A stretch of 63,894 nt of DNA, the filler included, from Licmophora abbreviata (taxonomy: Eukaryota): assembly GCA_900291995.1 (NCBI GenBank). It is 14 parts of 14 records of this genome, joined end to end, with 100 filler letters (N's around TTAATTAATTAA, not from the genome) between each part and the next. Parts side by side here need not be neighbours in the genome. Positions count along the whole stretch, not along the records: positions 1 to 8,307 come from OLMU01000940.1; positions 8,408 to 12,218 come from OLMU01000941.1; 12 more parts are not named here. One strand, 5' to 3'. The first letter of the stretch is position 1. The number at the start of each line of letters is the position of its first letter. Under the pieces are notes generated by a model. It was not told the DNA's origin and ran no database searches. It worked only from the letters and a program-made list of their open reading frames with translations. Made by a program: the position numbers and the translations under genes. This document shows, piece by piece, positions 1-10,369 of the stretch.

Positions 1-326
1 TTCCAAGGCAGGCGAAAAGCGCAAGGACGATCGCGTTGAGAAGCGAAGTGTGACGCGATCGGCACAGTCGACGACGGCTCCGATCCATACAGGTGTGTCG
101 GCGTAGACTTCTTGCTCGTCAAGATACAATACAGAGTTCTGGAAGATCAGAGCGAACTCAGGGTGGAGAAGGAGAATCGATCGATCGATCGATCAATATA
201 AACCAACTGCAAGTGTACAACGAAGACAACTTTTGGGGACACTCTTATTATAACTAAGTCACTTGCTACTACGGTCTCTTATGAATATGCAGCGCTATTG
301 TCGACTTTGAACTTGCTCCAGTCGCA

Positions 327-2321
327 TCACAGAACAAACTCTTGTTCGGCGTCAGCGCCAATGACCCACGTCTTTACAATCTCATCTCCCACCTTGACGT
401 TCCACTGGTGACCTTGAAATGTATTGGCGGCTAGAATCACATTTTCTTTGAGCTCGCCCCAATAACCTGCTTCGTCAAAGTACAGTGCGGCATCCTTGTA
501 GTCGGGATTGGTACCGCTGTTGCGAAATCTAGCATGGAGTTGCACTGGCTTATTCTTGTTCCGCTCTTCACGGTACGAGTCTTGGAACGATTCCTTAATT
601 GGGGCACCTTCAAAGTCTTCGCGAGGGGTGCTCCACACCCAGAGCTGGAAAAGAAAGGTCGAGAAAAACGGCGGGGGTGAGCGAGCCAGCAAAGTGGCAA
701 GCGACTCTCAATACACACACACCGTCCCACGTACGTTTGCAGCCCACTTTTCGCCCTTCAGTATGGGACAGGCGCCGTGCTTGGACATTGGATCAGGCTT
801 GCCATCGGGAAGTTGTGAATAAAAAAGGACAGCACGGGCTGAGTTCGGTCGCACAGAAAGACGCGTCCTGCACTCTGCCGCAAGTTGCTCCTCCCACGAT
901 CCTTCTTCGAGGACCTCTTTGGCATTGCCCGCCGCTCGCAACTCCTGAATCGCTTGGTCCAACTCGACACGTCCATCTTCCGGCAACTCCGGGGGCCATG
1001 CCTCTGAAAAAACCGTTTCACCGCCATCGCCTTCTTCCAAGTCACTCATGTACAGCAAGATGGTGGCGTAGCGATTGCCTCCTTTGTGTACAGAGTCGTA
1101 GTCAAAGGGTTCCTTGGCTCTCGACGTCATGTAGTCCATGTGAGGAATATATGCATTCGTTTGGTTGTAACGCAAGATTTGAAGTCCATCGGAATGACCT
1201 TCTAAATACTCGTCAAAGCCAAGGACATCGAAGCAGCGGCTGTCGAGAGAAACATGAGTGGGGGTGTGAGAAACTTATTACGTCACAAGCAAAATTGCAG
1301 GTCCACGCTGCCCGTACCGTTTGACTTGCAATGCAGTCTTGCCATGAGTATCGAATCCATTTTCCGATGTCCGTCGCGAGTTGACCGAGTTCTCGACTGT
1401 GCCCGTCGTGCTGCGCTTGAGCTTGTGGGTTGTGGATGTCTCCTTGAGCGCCCGCTCGACCAACTGGGCTGACTCTTCCTTGGTGAAAAAGTTAAAGATA
1501 TCAAGGACGACGGGCGAGAGACTGAGCGTCTCTAGATAGACGGGTTCGCCATTGGGTACCTGGACATGCTCCAAGTGAAAGATTTCTCCGACATGCGAGG
1601 GTGCGAAGAGAAAATGACGTCCGGCCGGCACGGCGTAGAGATGCAACTCAGCGGTGTTGGCTTGACACGTCTGAGGATCGTTTTCCTCATCATTGCTGCA
1701 TCCGCGCGAGTTCCTTACGACATCCGCCAGATGCTGCATATCGACGATGCGCAGACCTTCTCGCGTGTGAAAATGACACGGCAAGTGTCCGTCGACTTCA
1801 ATCAAGTCATCATGGTCGAGCAAAATCGGAGTCTTCTCCTCGCCCATGTCACAAAAGTTCAAGAATCCTCTCGGATACTCCTCGTCCGTGGACGAACAAG
1901 CCTCCGAATCCAGCGTTTGCTCCAGCATGTCCGTCAAAAGCGCCTCGAACTCGTACTTGTCCATTTCGCTGCAGTGAAAGCCCGAGTCGGCCAATGACTG
2001 CTGAAAGACCGCAAGGTTGCCCTTGGCTCTGCCGCAGTGCGCCGCTTCTCCGTTGCGATGCAGCACGAACTCGATATCATCGAAAAGAGGGGCCTCCTGT
2101 TCTTTCAAGAACTCATTCACTTGAGCTGTGCACTCTTCGACGGACGCCAACATCTCTTCGGCCTCGAGCAAAGATTCGTGTAGAACTTCGTCATAGTACA
2201 GCTGATGATCTCTCGTCGTGTCGGTCAAGACGCGGCTCTGAATGACCACCACTGCCGCGAACAGGAAAATGGCCGCTATGAGGGGACGAAACATCCTTTG
2301 ACGGATCAACGAGGACGCCAT
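327..2321 (-). CDS. P4H: Prolyl 4-hydroxylase (2OG-Fe(II) dioxygenase), type II membrane; 3 exons (introns 1240-1317, 645-734)
   Basis: N-terminal TM; RRTSENGF; LQILRYNQTNAYIPHMD (HxD); NRYATILLYMSD; GGETVF; SKHGACPILKGEKWAAN-LWVW (distal His, 2OG-binding Lys). GT-AG introns join the three ORFs in frame. Confidence 0.9.
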
Positions 2322-2739
2322 GGAGAAACAACCAACAAACGAGCCACGATTTGTCAGTGCCCTCTTGTGGTCATCGCGTTGCGAATGTCTCGCTAGCGAT
2401 CGGGATGTTTTGAGTTCTGATGTCTGTTCGCATTGGAAGTGTCAATATGACTTTTACCTATGTCGGTAGAACGTCTTCTGAGACACTTAGCAAGCATTCC
2501 TCTCGCATATCGTTACGGAGCCCATTATCCACATCGAATGCTATTCCCTTATGCAAAGCGTTTCTTCCTTACACGGCAGACGCAATCAGCTCAGGACTAG
2601 AGAGTACTTGTAGAGCATTACTATCTAGCTAAGCCCCGACTCTGCCCAGATTCGACTTCAACGCCGATCTTGTGTGAGCCACAAGCGCTTTCAAAATGCC
2701 AGCCACCAGCTTGCGCCCCCTACAGCCAAGAAGCTCGTA

Positions 2740-3543
2740 TCAACATTCATCTTCACGTCCATTAACCCAGATTACATCGATGGCACATCCACTCGCCACC
2801 ATCATGTTGGCAACGGGACACCGTAGTTCCGTCTGGTGTGACAAAAGTGAAAGCTCTTCTTCCGACAGCTCTTTCTTTCCCTTGGTATACACCCGAATAG
2901 TCCCAGTTATTCGTTGCAGGCGTGCATCGATCGATGGTACAATATCAATTGGCAACTCAAGTGCTCCTCGCTCATCTCGATCCGCCGTTAGATTCATTTC
3001 AAGCCGATCAATCAGGACTCGGGGCGTCATGTGCCTACCGACAAAGAGGGCAGTCGCCTGGGTGCATCCAAGCAGCGAAGCCAATAACGTTTCGACGGGT
3101 TGGGGCGCCGTATCAGTACCTCCCATAGTCTTGGGAACATCCGTATACAAACCATGTCCCGTGTTGGTGTGCATCTCGACGACGCTGCGCTTTCCCACGC
3201 CACGAACGGAGCAAGACTTGATGAACTCTGGAGGGATCACACCAGTGCCAGCAAAAGCATCAGTTGTATCAGGAGTAGTAGTATTGGTGGCATCGGTCCG
3301 TCGTGACACCATCGAGCGAGTGACAAGAGTATGATGGATCGGAAGAGGACTCAGTGAGCCATCTCGCGCGTTACGAATGGGCGACAGAAAGGCCGGTCGT
3401 GGACGGATCTTGTTCATTTTGTTGGCGAAACCATCAGGTAAAATCGATGATATCCCATTCGCGAATCGAAAGGAGAGTGACACTCGCATCGATCCCATTA
3501 CTATAATAAGAAGAGAAGTAGAAGTCGCGGTCAGGATGTTCAT
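2740..3543 (-). CDS. OsmC/Ohr-family protein with N-terminal targeting-like extension
   Basis: GGTDTAPQPVETLLASLLGC and ELRCPVANM give the two conserved Cys of the OsmC/Ohr fold; first ATG at 3543. Confidence 0.85.
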   Translation of the reverse strand: MNILTATSTSLLIIVMGSMRVSLSFRFANGISSILPDGFANKMNKIRPRPAFLSPIRNARDGSLSPLPIHHTLVTRSMVSRRTDATNTTTPDTTDAFAGTGVIPPEFIKSCSVRGVGKRSVVEMHTNTGHGLYTDVPKTMGGTDTAPQPVETLLASLLGCTQATALFVGRHMTPRVLIDRLEMNLTADRDERGALELPIDIVPSIDARLQRITGTIRVYTKGKKELSEEELSLLSHQTELRCPVANMMVASGCAIDVIWVNGREDEC

Positions 3544-3816
3544 GGTCGGAAGCCAGGATGGGATGAGATGGATGCGATGCTGATCCGCCGATTGATTCAA
3601 TACGACACTCGTGACTCATTCCAAAATCTCGTGACTGAATCAACTGTTCGGGAAAGGGCGTGTGTTGAACGACGGACGTGTTGCTGTGCAACCATGGCGA
3701 GAACCGACACACTGTGCTCGGGGCATAATCATCCGTTAGCTCTGCCGCTAGCTGGCATCGCGTTGTACGGCACTACAGTTCCACAGTCTTTCACGTTGCG
3801 CACTTTGAGGGGCGTC

Positions 3817-5103
3817 ATGGTTTCGTACAGCGGCAGCAATCCGTCGCCGTTGTCCAGAAGAGCTGGAGTACTCCGTGGTGTTGGTCATCCTCGTACACCA
3901 GCCTCATCGTCGTCGATGGTGAGCCGGTGTCTACAGCACCGCTGGGTGATTCTCTGCGCTGTGTTTTGCGGGCTGCTTTGTTACTTGACACAATTGGACG
4001 TTGACGGGACCTTTGGAAATTTTCAACAAATGTCAAGTTACGAGGGGATTAAAATCTTGCCATCGCCTCCATCAGTCGAACAAGAAACTCTAGCATCACC
4101 TCCTCCTCCATTGCACAAATTGCGTTTTGATTGGACCAACATGGAACTTCGTTCGGAATTGGCGAAACGAATTCTTGCGCAGCAATCGGACTGCTCCTTA
4201 CCGCTGGCCAATTTCCAATGGAAGAATCGATTCGGTCTAGGGAGCGACTTGCATGTGTGGTCGCAGGCATTGTGCAACAGCATGGAGCAAAATGTACGGA
4301 TACGAACGCCCGCTCCTTGGACATGGCTTGATGAAGAAGGCTGCAATGTAGACACAGCAAGCAGTAAGTCGAGTCTGCTGTGCTACTTTCCCCAAGCGGA
4401 GCTACTGTGCGACAATGACTGGAAACATATCGATTTGCAATCGAACGTCACTGAGACTGTCGCGAGTCCTGTCAAGGTCAAGTGCGATCAGATTATGGAG
4501 AAGGAAGGCATCAACGCGACTGTATTTCGCGCTGCTTCATCGGAACTACTGTTTCGTGCCGTGTCGCCCTTGGTAGTACAGGAAGCGGAACGACAGCTGA
4601 ATCTCGTCTTTCCTGACGGTGTACCAGAAAACTTGATAACCGTACAGATGCGATGGGGCGACAAGAAGGCCGAAGTGAAGTTGCCGTCGGCCACTGACTA
4701 CTACAGGGCCGTGGTACGATTATTGGATAAGCGAAAGAGTACCCTTGGAAATGATGAGATCAACATTTTTCTAGCTAGCGAAGACCCGAGAGCGATTGAG
4801 GCATTTCGCAGCAAGGCACCCAAAGAGTGGAAGATCTACGTCGATCAGTACTTTTTCGACATGTTGCCTCACCGACAGGAAGGGGATGTGTACAATCAAG
4901 GCCCCAAGACATCACGCGCAACCAAAGGGAAAGCGGGTCTTGTAGCGCTGGGATCGTTGCTGTTGGCCATGGAGGCCAATGACTTTGTCTTGATGACGGC
5001 AAGCAACTGGAGTCGACTGATGAACGAACTGCGCAAGAATGTAGTGGATCCGAGATGCAACGGGTGTACGCACATGGAAGATCTCAAGTACGGAGAATGG
5101 TAA
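3817..5103 (+). CDS. Alpha-1,6-fucosyltransferase-like (GT23/FUT8-like) type II membrane glycosyltransferase
   Basis: Single N-terminal TM; FGLGSDLH, VQMRWGDKKAE (cf. FUT8 HVRRTDK..E), IFLASEDP and DFVLMTASNWSRLMNELR GDP-fucose-binding motifs. Confidence 0.7.
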   Translation: MVSYSGSNPSPLSRRAGVLRGVGHPRTPASSSSMVSRCLQHRWVILCAVFCGLLCYLTQLDVDGTFGNFQQMSSYEGIKILPSPPSVEQETLASPPPPLHKLRFDWTNMELRSELAKRILAQQSDCSLPLANFQWKNRFGLGSDLHVWSQALCNSMEQNVRIRTPAPWTWLDEEGCNVDTASSKSSLLCYFPQAELLCDNDWKHIDLQSNVTETVASPVKVKCDQIMEKEGINATVFRAASSELLFRAVSPLVVQEAERQLNLVFPDGVPENLITVQMRWGDKKAEVKLPSATDYYRAVVRLLDKRKSTLGNDEINIFLASEDPRAIEAFRSKAPKEWKIYVDQYFFDMLPHRQEGDVYNQGPKTSRATKGKAGLVALGSLLLAMEANDFVLMTASNWSRLMNELRKNVVDPRCNGCTHMEDLKYGEW

Positions 5104-5937
5104 TACGTACTCTACAAGTAGTGTAGCTAGGGACAGTCAACCCACTGTAATATAGCTCTCGACGTCGACACTGTCGACCCTAGATTCGACTCGCAGTGCT
5201 TTCTTTCTACTTACCAATGGCCATCCCGATGAAATGGTTCGTCGTCATGTGTGTCGTCGCCGTTGTCACCCGTGCCATAATTGGTCATCTGCAATTCCGA
5301 TCGGACAAGTCTGGTTCGTTCGACCTTGGAGGTGAAGTCCCGAGGCGTGCAAGGCACGCGCGATGTTGCCGATGCCATTCCCAATCACAGGGATGTTGTT
5401 GGGGATTTTAAGGATTCAGGGATGGCGGGATATTTCAGTGCAAGAGGTTTGATCATCCGTCAAGGCAGTGCCGCTCGACTGTCTCTGCTGCGATGCTTGT
5501 CTTGGACCTGATAAAATATGCATAAGCGCTCCCAATTTCTCATCTTGTGAGGAGAAAAAGAACAAAAAGTGCGCGTGTGACTGATGTCAGGCCCTCAATT
5601 TGGTATTTAACGATCGGACATTGAGCACTTTTCACACATACGAAAGACATCTCTTCAGTTGAAGTTCACACTTGGAGGTCAAGTTGAAGTTGGATCGAAA
5701 AGACGACACAGCCGACAGCTTGCAAGTCGCAAGCTGGTGTTGAAGTCCAAGTCGATGAGAAGGCAGTTCTGTCTTGCTCATTTTAGCAGTCTTGCTTGAC
5801 TTGTTGCACCCCTTTGTTACCTGACGAAGCTCGAATCTACTCGAGCGGACGAAAAGCTTGGAGAATACCGTGTTCTAGAGACCCTGTTCGACCACACCGC
5901 TGCCCACACTCAGAACGCGAACCAGAAGAAGTTGAAG

Positions 5938-7158
5938 ATGTCGCAAGAGTCGATTGAGGAGCGTATCGTGGGAAGCTTCGCCTCTCTCTTGTCTTCCGCT
6001 GTGACATTCAACGGCGATGGCCTTGAAGCACTGGACACTGAATCCTCGGCCACTATACCGCGTTTCCTGTCGTCGGAGGGGTCGAAGGCGGACGCGATCG
6101 TATGCACCATGCCTTCGCTGAGACTCAAACACAGCAAGTCCTCCTCACTGTCCAAGGATGGGGCGGCCATTGGCGAAGTCGCATCAAGGAATCTAGCTTT
6201 GCCTGTGACTTTGAATCGAGAAGAAGTAGAGAATGCTCCTATGATCTTGCTCACGAGTCTCGCCGATTCTTTCCTGTGCCTCGTCGACTCAAGGCTACGC
6301 TCGGCACTCGGGGCTCTGATAGGGAAGACGCGGAATCAGAATGATCCCACCCTCACAAGAGTCATCGTCGGCCTCTTGGCTTCCTCTTCGAATCCCATCA
6401 CCCCGTCGGCCGTTGTCACCTCCTTCCGAGTACTTCCAACGTCTCACCGACCTACGCATCGTGAATGCGTACTACCTCTGGTCATGGAGACGGTCGTCGA
6501 CATGAACATCTTGGGAAGCCTTGTGACGGTCAATATCGTCGCACCAGGGACCATCCAGGGATTCTTCTGTTCAAAGTCAAGGGACACCATGCTCTCCAAA
6601 GTGGAAGTCATAGTTGACACAACGGATTTCCTAAAGTCCATGATGAATCAAGCGCGCTTTGTGGTTCGCAATGCCATTTCGGTTGCGACCGACACGGCCT
6701 CCAAGCTTCTTCTTCCGTCCACTGTACTAATGCCCTCCGAGTCGTCGACTAGTCTCGATCCACGCATGCCCGTTAGATCTGTCGGCAGCCTCACGGCTGC
6801 TATGGAGCATGCTTCCGAAGGTGGTGAAACTTCGCTCATGCCGCCTCCTCCTTGTCGCGAACCAAGCCGAAAGAGTCTCGGGAACCTGCGTCCTGTCCGT
6901 TATCAATCGGCGGCGGCTGGCACCAACAATGCCTCCTGGCCTGCTCCAGCTCCTTCGCATTTAACGTCGCCACAGACTACAGAGACGGGACTGTCGCTTC
7001 TTACGGCGGCTGCCGCCGGCATGAAGCATCCGAATACATCATCGACATCAAACCACTATGCCGCCGCGGACATCTCGTGTAAGAGACAACGTACCGCCGA
7101 CTCGTCTACAGCAATGTCCTCTCGAGTGCCAAGTTGCCCGAGCCTTACGCCAGTCTAG
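5938..7158 (+). CDS. Hypothetical protein (ordered N-terminal domain, disordered C-terminus)
   Basis: Uninterrupted 406-codon ORF with protein-like composition; family not recognised. Confidence 0.7.
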   Translation: MSQESIEERIVGSFASLLSSAVTFNGDGLEALDTESSATIPRFLSSEGSKADAIVCTMPSLRLKHSKSSSLSKDGAAIGEVASRNLALPVTLNREEVENAPMILLTSLADSFLCLVDSRLRSALGALIGKTRNQNDPTLTRVIVGLLASSSNPITPSAVVTSFRVLPTSHRPTHRECVLPLVMETVVDMNILGSLVTVNIVAPGTIQGFFCSKSRDTMLSKVEVIVDTTDFLKSMMNQARFVVRNAISVATDTASKLLLPSTVLMPSESSTSLDPRMPVRSVGSLTAAMEHASEGGETSLMPPPPCREPSRKSLGNLRPVRYQSAAAGTNNASWPAPAPSHLTSPQTTETGLSLLTAAAAGMKHPNTSSTSNHYAAADISCKRQRTADSSTAMSSRVPSCPSLTPV

Positions 7159-7413
7159 CAAGGCAATACTCGTAGAGAGAAAGGGGGGCGCATTCTATCA
7201 TTTGTATATATTGCACGTGCATGTCTGCGGCGACAGCCTGCTCTATCAATACGTGTTACCCATGTATCGTTTTACTTTAAAATAGGGAAACGATTCAACG
7301 CACAATCGATTGACAGTCTAGTAGAAGGTCAGCATCGGCGCTCGCCATTGGTCCTGTGCGCTTCTTCATTCATAGCGAGCTAGTGCCAACAACACATGGT
7401 TGCTTCACCTTGC

Positions 7414-8250
7414 TCATAAGTACAGCTCCAAGACAGGTATCAGGGGCTGTGCTCTATCAAACAAGGGAGAGTTGATGTAAACTTCCCATCCAATCAAGAG
7501 GAAGATCCCAGTCCAGGCGCCTTTTTCCAACAGCTTGACGAACTTGAACGGGTCTTCTTCTTCTTCTTCTTCCGCTTCGTTGTCGCCACCACCGATGAAC
7601 GGAAGGTTAGAAAAGAATCCACCTCCGTCCTCGAGTTCAGCATCTCGTACCTGCGCAGCGGCCTTACGGTCAGCTTGTCGCGCACGCTTCGATCTCGGGT
7701 CCAGAGTCTGCATTGTCGAACCACCGCCGTCTCTGCCGCTACGCTTTTGGGCAAGTTCGGCAAAGTCGGGAAGCGGACTGTCAGGTTCCTCAAACTGAAA
7801 TTTCTTTTCCAAGGAACGATCTTCCAATAGATCCTTCATCGATCGGAGTGAGTTGGGCGCACCCATCATAGCATCTGTGATTTCATCTTCTCCTAGCGAT
7901 GAGGACGACAAGGCTCCTGTAGATCTTTGCTTCTTGGGTGTGGCTCGCTCCTCGTCGTCTTCGCCCAAGTCAAAATCAGGAAGATCGTCACCCACACTGT
8001 CCTGTGAAGTCGTTACTACGCCTTCCTCTTGCTGTTGCTTCTGCTGCTGCGGAGACGGATCTGTGCTCGATTTGCGACGCCGACGCTTCTTCTTGGCCAT
8101 GCACAGCGCGGATGGGGCACGAGGAGGTGCGAACACAGCACGCCCGTTTTGAAGTTTGCTGGACGCTGTCGGCGACACGATAAAGCCGCTTCCCAACGAC
8201 AGGCAAGTGCCTACTAGCAGCACCAGCCACATGAAACTTGCAGCGTTCAT
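7414..8250 (-). CDS. Hypothetical, probably plastid-targeted membrane protein
   Basis: Signal peptide (MNAASFMWLVLLVGTCLSLGSG-F) then Ser/Arg-rich transit-like stretch; C-terminal TM KGAWTGIFLLIGWEVYINSPLF. Start could be 8292. Confidence 0.7.
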   Translation of the reverse strand: MNAASFMWLVLLVGTCLSLGSGFIVSPTASSKLQNGRAVFAPPRAPSALCMAKKKRRRRKSSTDPSPQQQKQQQEEGVVTTSQDSVGDDLPDFDLGEDDEERATPKKQRSTGALSSSSLGEDEITDAMMGAPNSLRSMKDLLEDRSLEKKFQFEEPDSPLPDFAELAQKRSGRDGGGSTMQTLDPRSKRARQADRKAAAQVRDAELEDGGGFFSNLPFIGGGDNEAEEEEEEDPFKFVKLLEKGAWTGIFLLIGWEVYINSPLFDRAQPLIPVLELYL

Positions 8251-8307
8251 CGTAATAACGTTTGCAACACGCGACCGCAAAGTTGACACCATCACTGTGA
8301 CACAGTG

Positions 8308-8407
8308 NNNNNNNNNNNNNNNNNNNNNNNNNNNNNNNNNNNNNNNNNNNNTTAATTAATTAANNNNNNNNNNNNNNNNNNNNNNNNNNNNNNNNNNNNN
8401 NNNNNNN
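8308..8407. other. Artificial contig linker 44N-TTAATTAATTAA-44N; also at 12219, 21826, 27113, 32196, 37623, 40717, 42444, 43607, 52242, 59518, 61070 and 62704 (each 100 bp)
   Basis: Identical 100-bp structure 13 times; TTAATTAATTAA places stops in all six frames. Confidence 0.98.
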
Positions 8408-8628
8408 ACCTCACACCGTTACACACTATCATACTGACCACATCACATCCCCGCACGGGATCTGTTTGGCGTCGCTGTCGCGGCTGTCTTCAAGTTCTAG
8501 CTCGTGTCGGACGACGGAGAGACGGGCGCGCGCAATTTTTTCACATTGGGGCGCAAAACTGAAAACTGAGAAAAGTTGTCTTTGCTCCATGGCAACACAA
8601 CCGGCGGAGACGAGACGACAATAAGACG

Positions 8629-9675
8629 ATGACAGGTCCAAACTCTGCCTCCTTTTCGACTACGAGTAGCTTTGTTCTACCCATTGTGGCCCTCGCATCA
8701 CTGACCGTTGCGTGCGCATACACTCCAATTTCTCTGACGACCACCTCATCCGCCCTCCAATCGACCTCCCCTGCTGCACTCCACCGCTTCCTCGCATCTC
8801 CCGCCAACTGGCCACGCATCGTACTCTCCTCGCACTCAGTGCGACCACCATCAGGGACCCAGACTCACACTTCTGACCTAACCAATCCACTGGACGTTGG
8901 AGCCTCTGTCGATGAAATCTTTGGCTTGCCGCCCCTGTTGCCGCTGAGTGTACAGTGGACCTGTGTCAAGTCGGTCGTACCTTCCGCTGATGACACAACG
9001 ACAAACAAAGGTCGATTGGAATTTCGTTCTCCCAACGGTGTTCCAGGTCTCGCATGTGAATGTCGAATGATATTTGACATTCTACAACTCAATCAGGTTG
9101 GCGACGAAGATTCGACTGCGGTGCAGCTTACCATGGAGTACACACCCGAGTCGCCGCTCGCGGTGTTGGCTGTGCCGGCGTTGACGATCGACAATGCCCT
9201 TGCACTGAAAGTTCTACTACCGCGTGCGTTAAGGAGCGCCTCAGTAGCCGCAGTGGAAGTACGAGAAGGGTCGCCGCTCGACGACTTTCGTCGACTCATG
9301 GGTATGCTGTATGGCATTGCAGGCATAGCACATTTCGCGGACTGCATTCTTGGCGAAAGCATGCTCTTGACGAGTGTGGGATGTGCGCCGTTTAGAGAGC
9401 TGTCGATGGGAGCGCAGCTCTATGTCTATCTGTGGTGCTCCGTGGGTGCGATCGCGTTTGGTCTATCCCGTGTCGGGAATGGTCGGAGCGCCGATGTAGG
9501 CCTCATCTTGTATGGCGCAGTCGAAGTGTTGGGAGCGTGGCTGGTGGGACAAGGAGGCAGTGATATCATGATGAATCCAGTGTGGAATGCAATTCTTGTC
9601 CAGATTATTGTGGTGGCGTCATGGTGGTACTCATCGAGTCGTCCTGCTGATGGAGTGGACGACGCCGCTCTCTGA
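8629..9675 (+). CDS. Putative SRPBCC/polyketide-cyclase-like domain fused to a multi-TM C-terminal domain
   Basis: Signal-like N-terminus; PAALHRFLASPANWPRI resembles the SRPBCC helix-grip start; C-terminal hydrophobic helices (LMGMLYGIAGIAHF...). Confidence 0.55.
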   Translation: MTGPNSASFSTTSSFVLPIVALASLTVACAYTPISLTTTSSALQSTSPAALHRFLASPANWPRIVLSSHSVRPPSGTQTHTSDLTNPLDVGASVDEIFGLPPLLPLSVQWTCVKSVVPSADDTTTNKGRLEFRSPNGVPGLACECRMIFDILQLNQVGDEDSTAVQLTMEYTPESPLAVLAVPALTIDNALALKVLLPRALRSASVAAVEVREGSPLDDFRRLMGMLYGIAGIAHFADCILGESMLLTSVGCAPFRELSMGAQLYVYLWCSVGAIAFGLSRVGNGRSADVGLILYGAVEVLGAWLVGQGGSDIMMNPVWNAILVQIIVVASWWYSSSRPADGVDDAAL

Positions 9676-10369
9676 TGAGGGTGGCGGCATTGTGCTCATT
9701 GGTAGGCCGTTCACAGATCGCGCATCTTCTTACAAGAGCGGTCAACCCACTAGCTCCCAGTACGCTGTCCAATTCGGTTGACGAGGACGTATACTAACGA
9801 TGGATGAGGTCTGCATGATATCAGAGCAATGTTTGAGCTCCTGTCTGCTCCGGACGAGAGCAAGGACGACACTCGACTACGAGTAGTGGTGAGAAGAAGT
9901 AGCCACGCGCTGTTATCCGAATACAACTGCACAGGCGACAATCAAAACCATATAAATCGTAACGTCCTGATCATACACATTAGGCGTTTACACGATGTTC
10001 TTGTACTTCTATTTCGTTTTTATCATAGCCGACAGTATTAAGATAGTCATAGGAACCATTTACCATATTTGTCATATTGCAATGTATTCACAAGTAGTCA
10101 TTGCCTGTTGGTGCCGTACGACGAACTGACGTCTTCTCAATTGGTGCGCCGCTGCTGGCGCGGTCTCCGTAGACTTTATACGGTCTGATACGCATGTGCC
10201 ACGCACCGCGCTCCAATCGACAGACATGGCGGCGACGGTACGGACACAGCGCGACGTGACGACTGACGACCCCATCAGAGAGACTGGTTGCTCGATTGCT
10301 CGATTGCTCGATTGCTCTTTTGACTGGACAGTCCGCAAGACTCTCGCCGAGGTAGTCTAGGTTCCTTCA

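Noticed and set aside
8352..8363. Repeated TTAATTAATTAA between N-runs as a biological repeat or CRISPR-like array
   Set aside because: Fixed 44N-12-44N format with six-frame stops marks an artificial concatenation linker.
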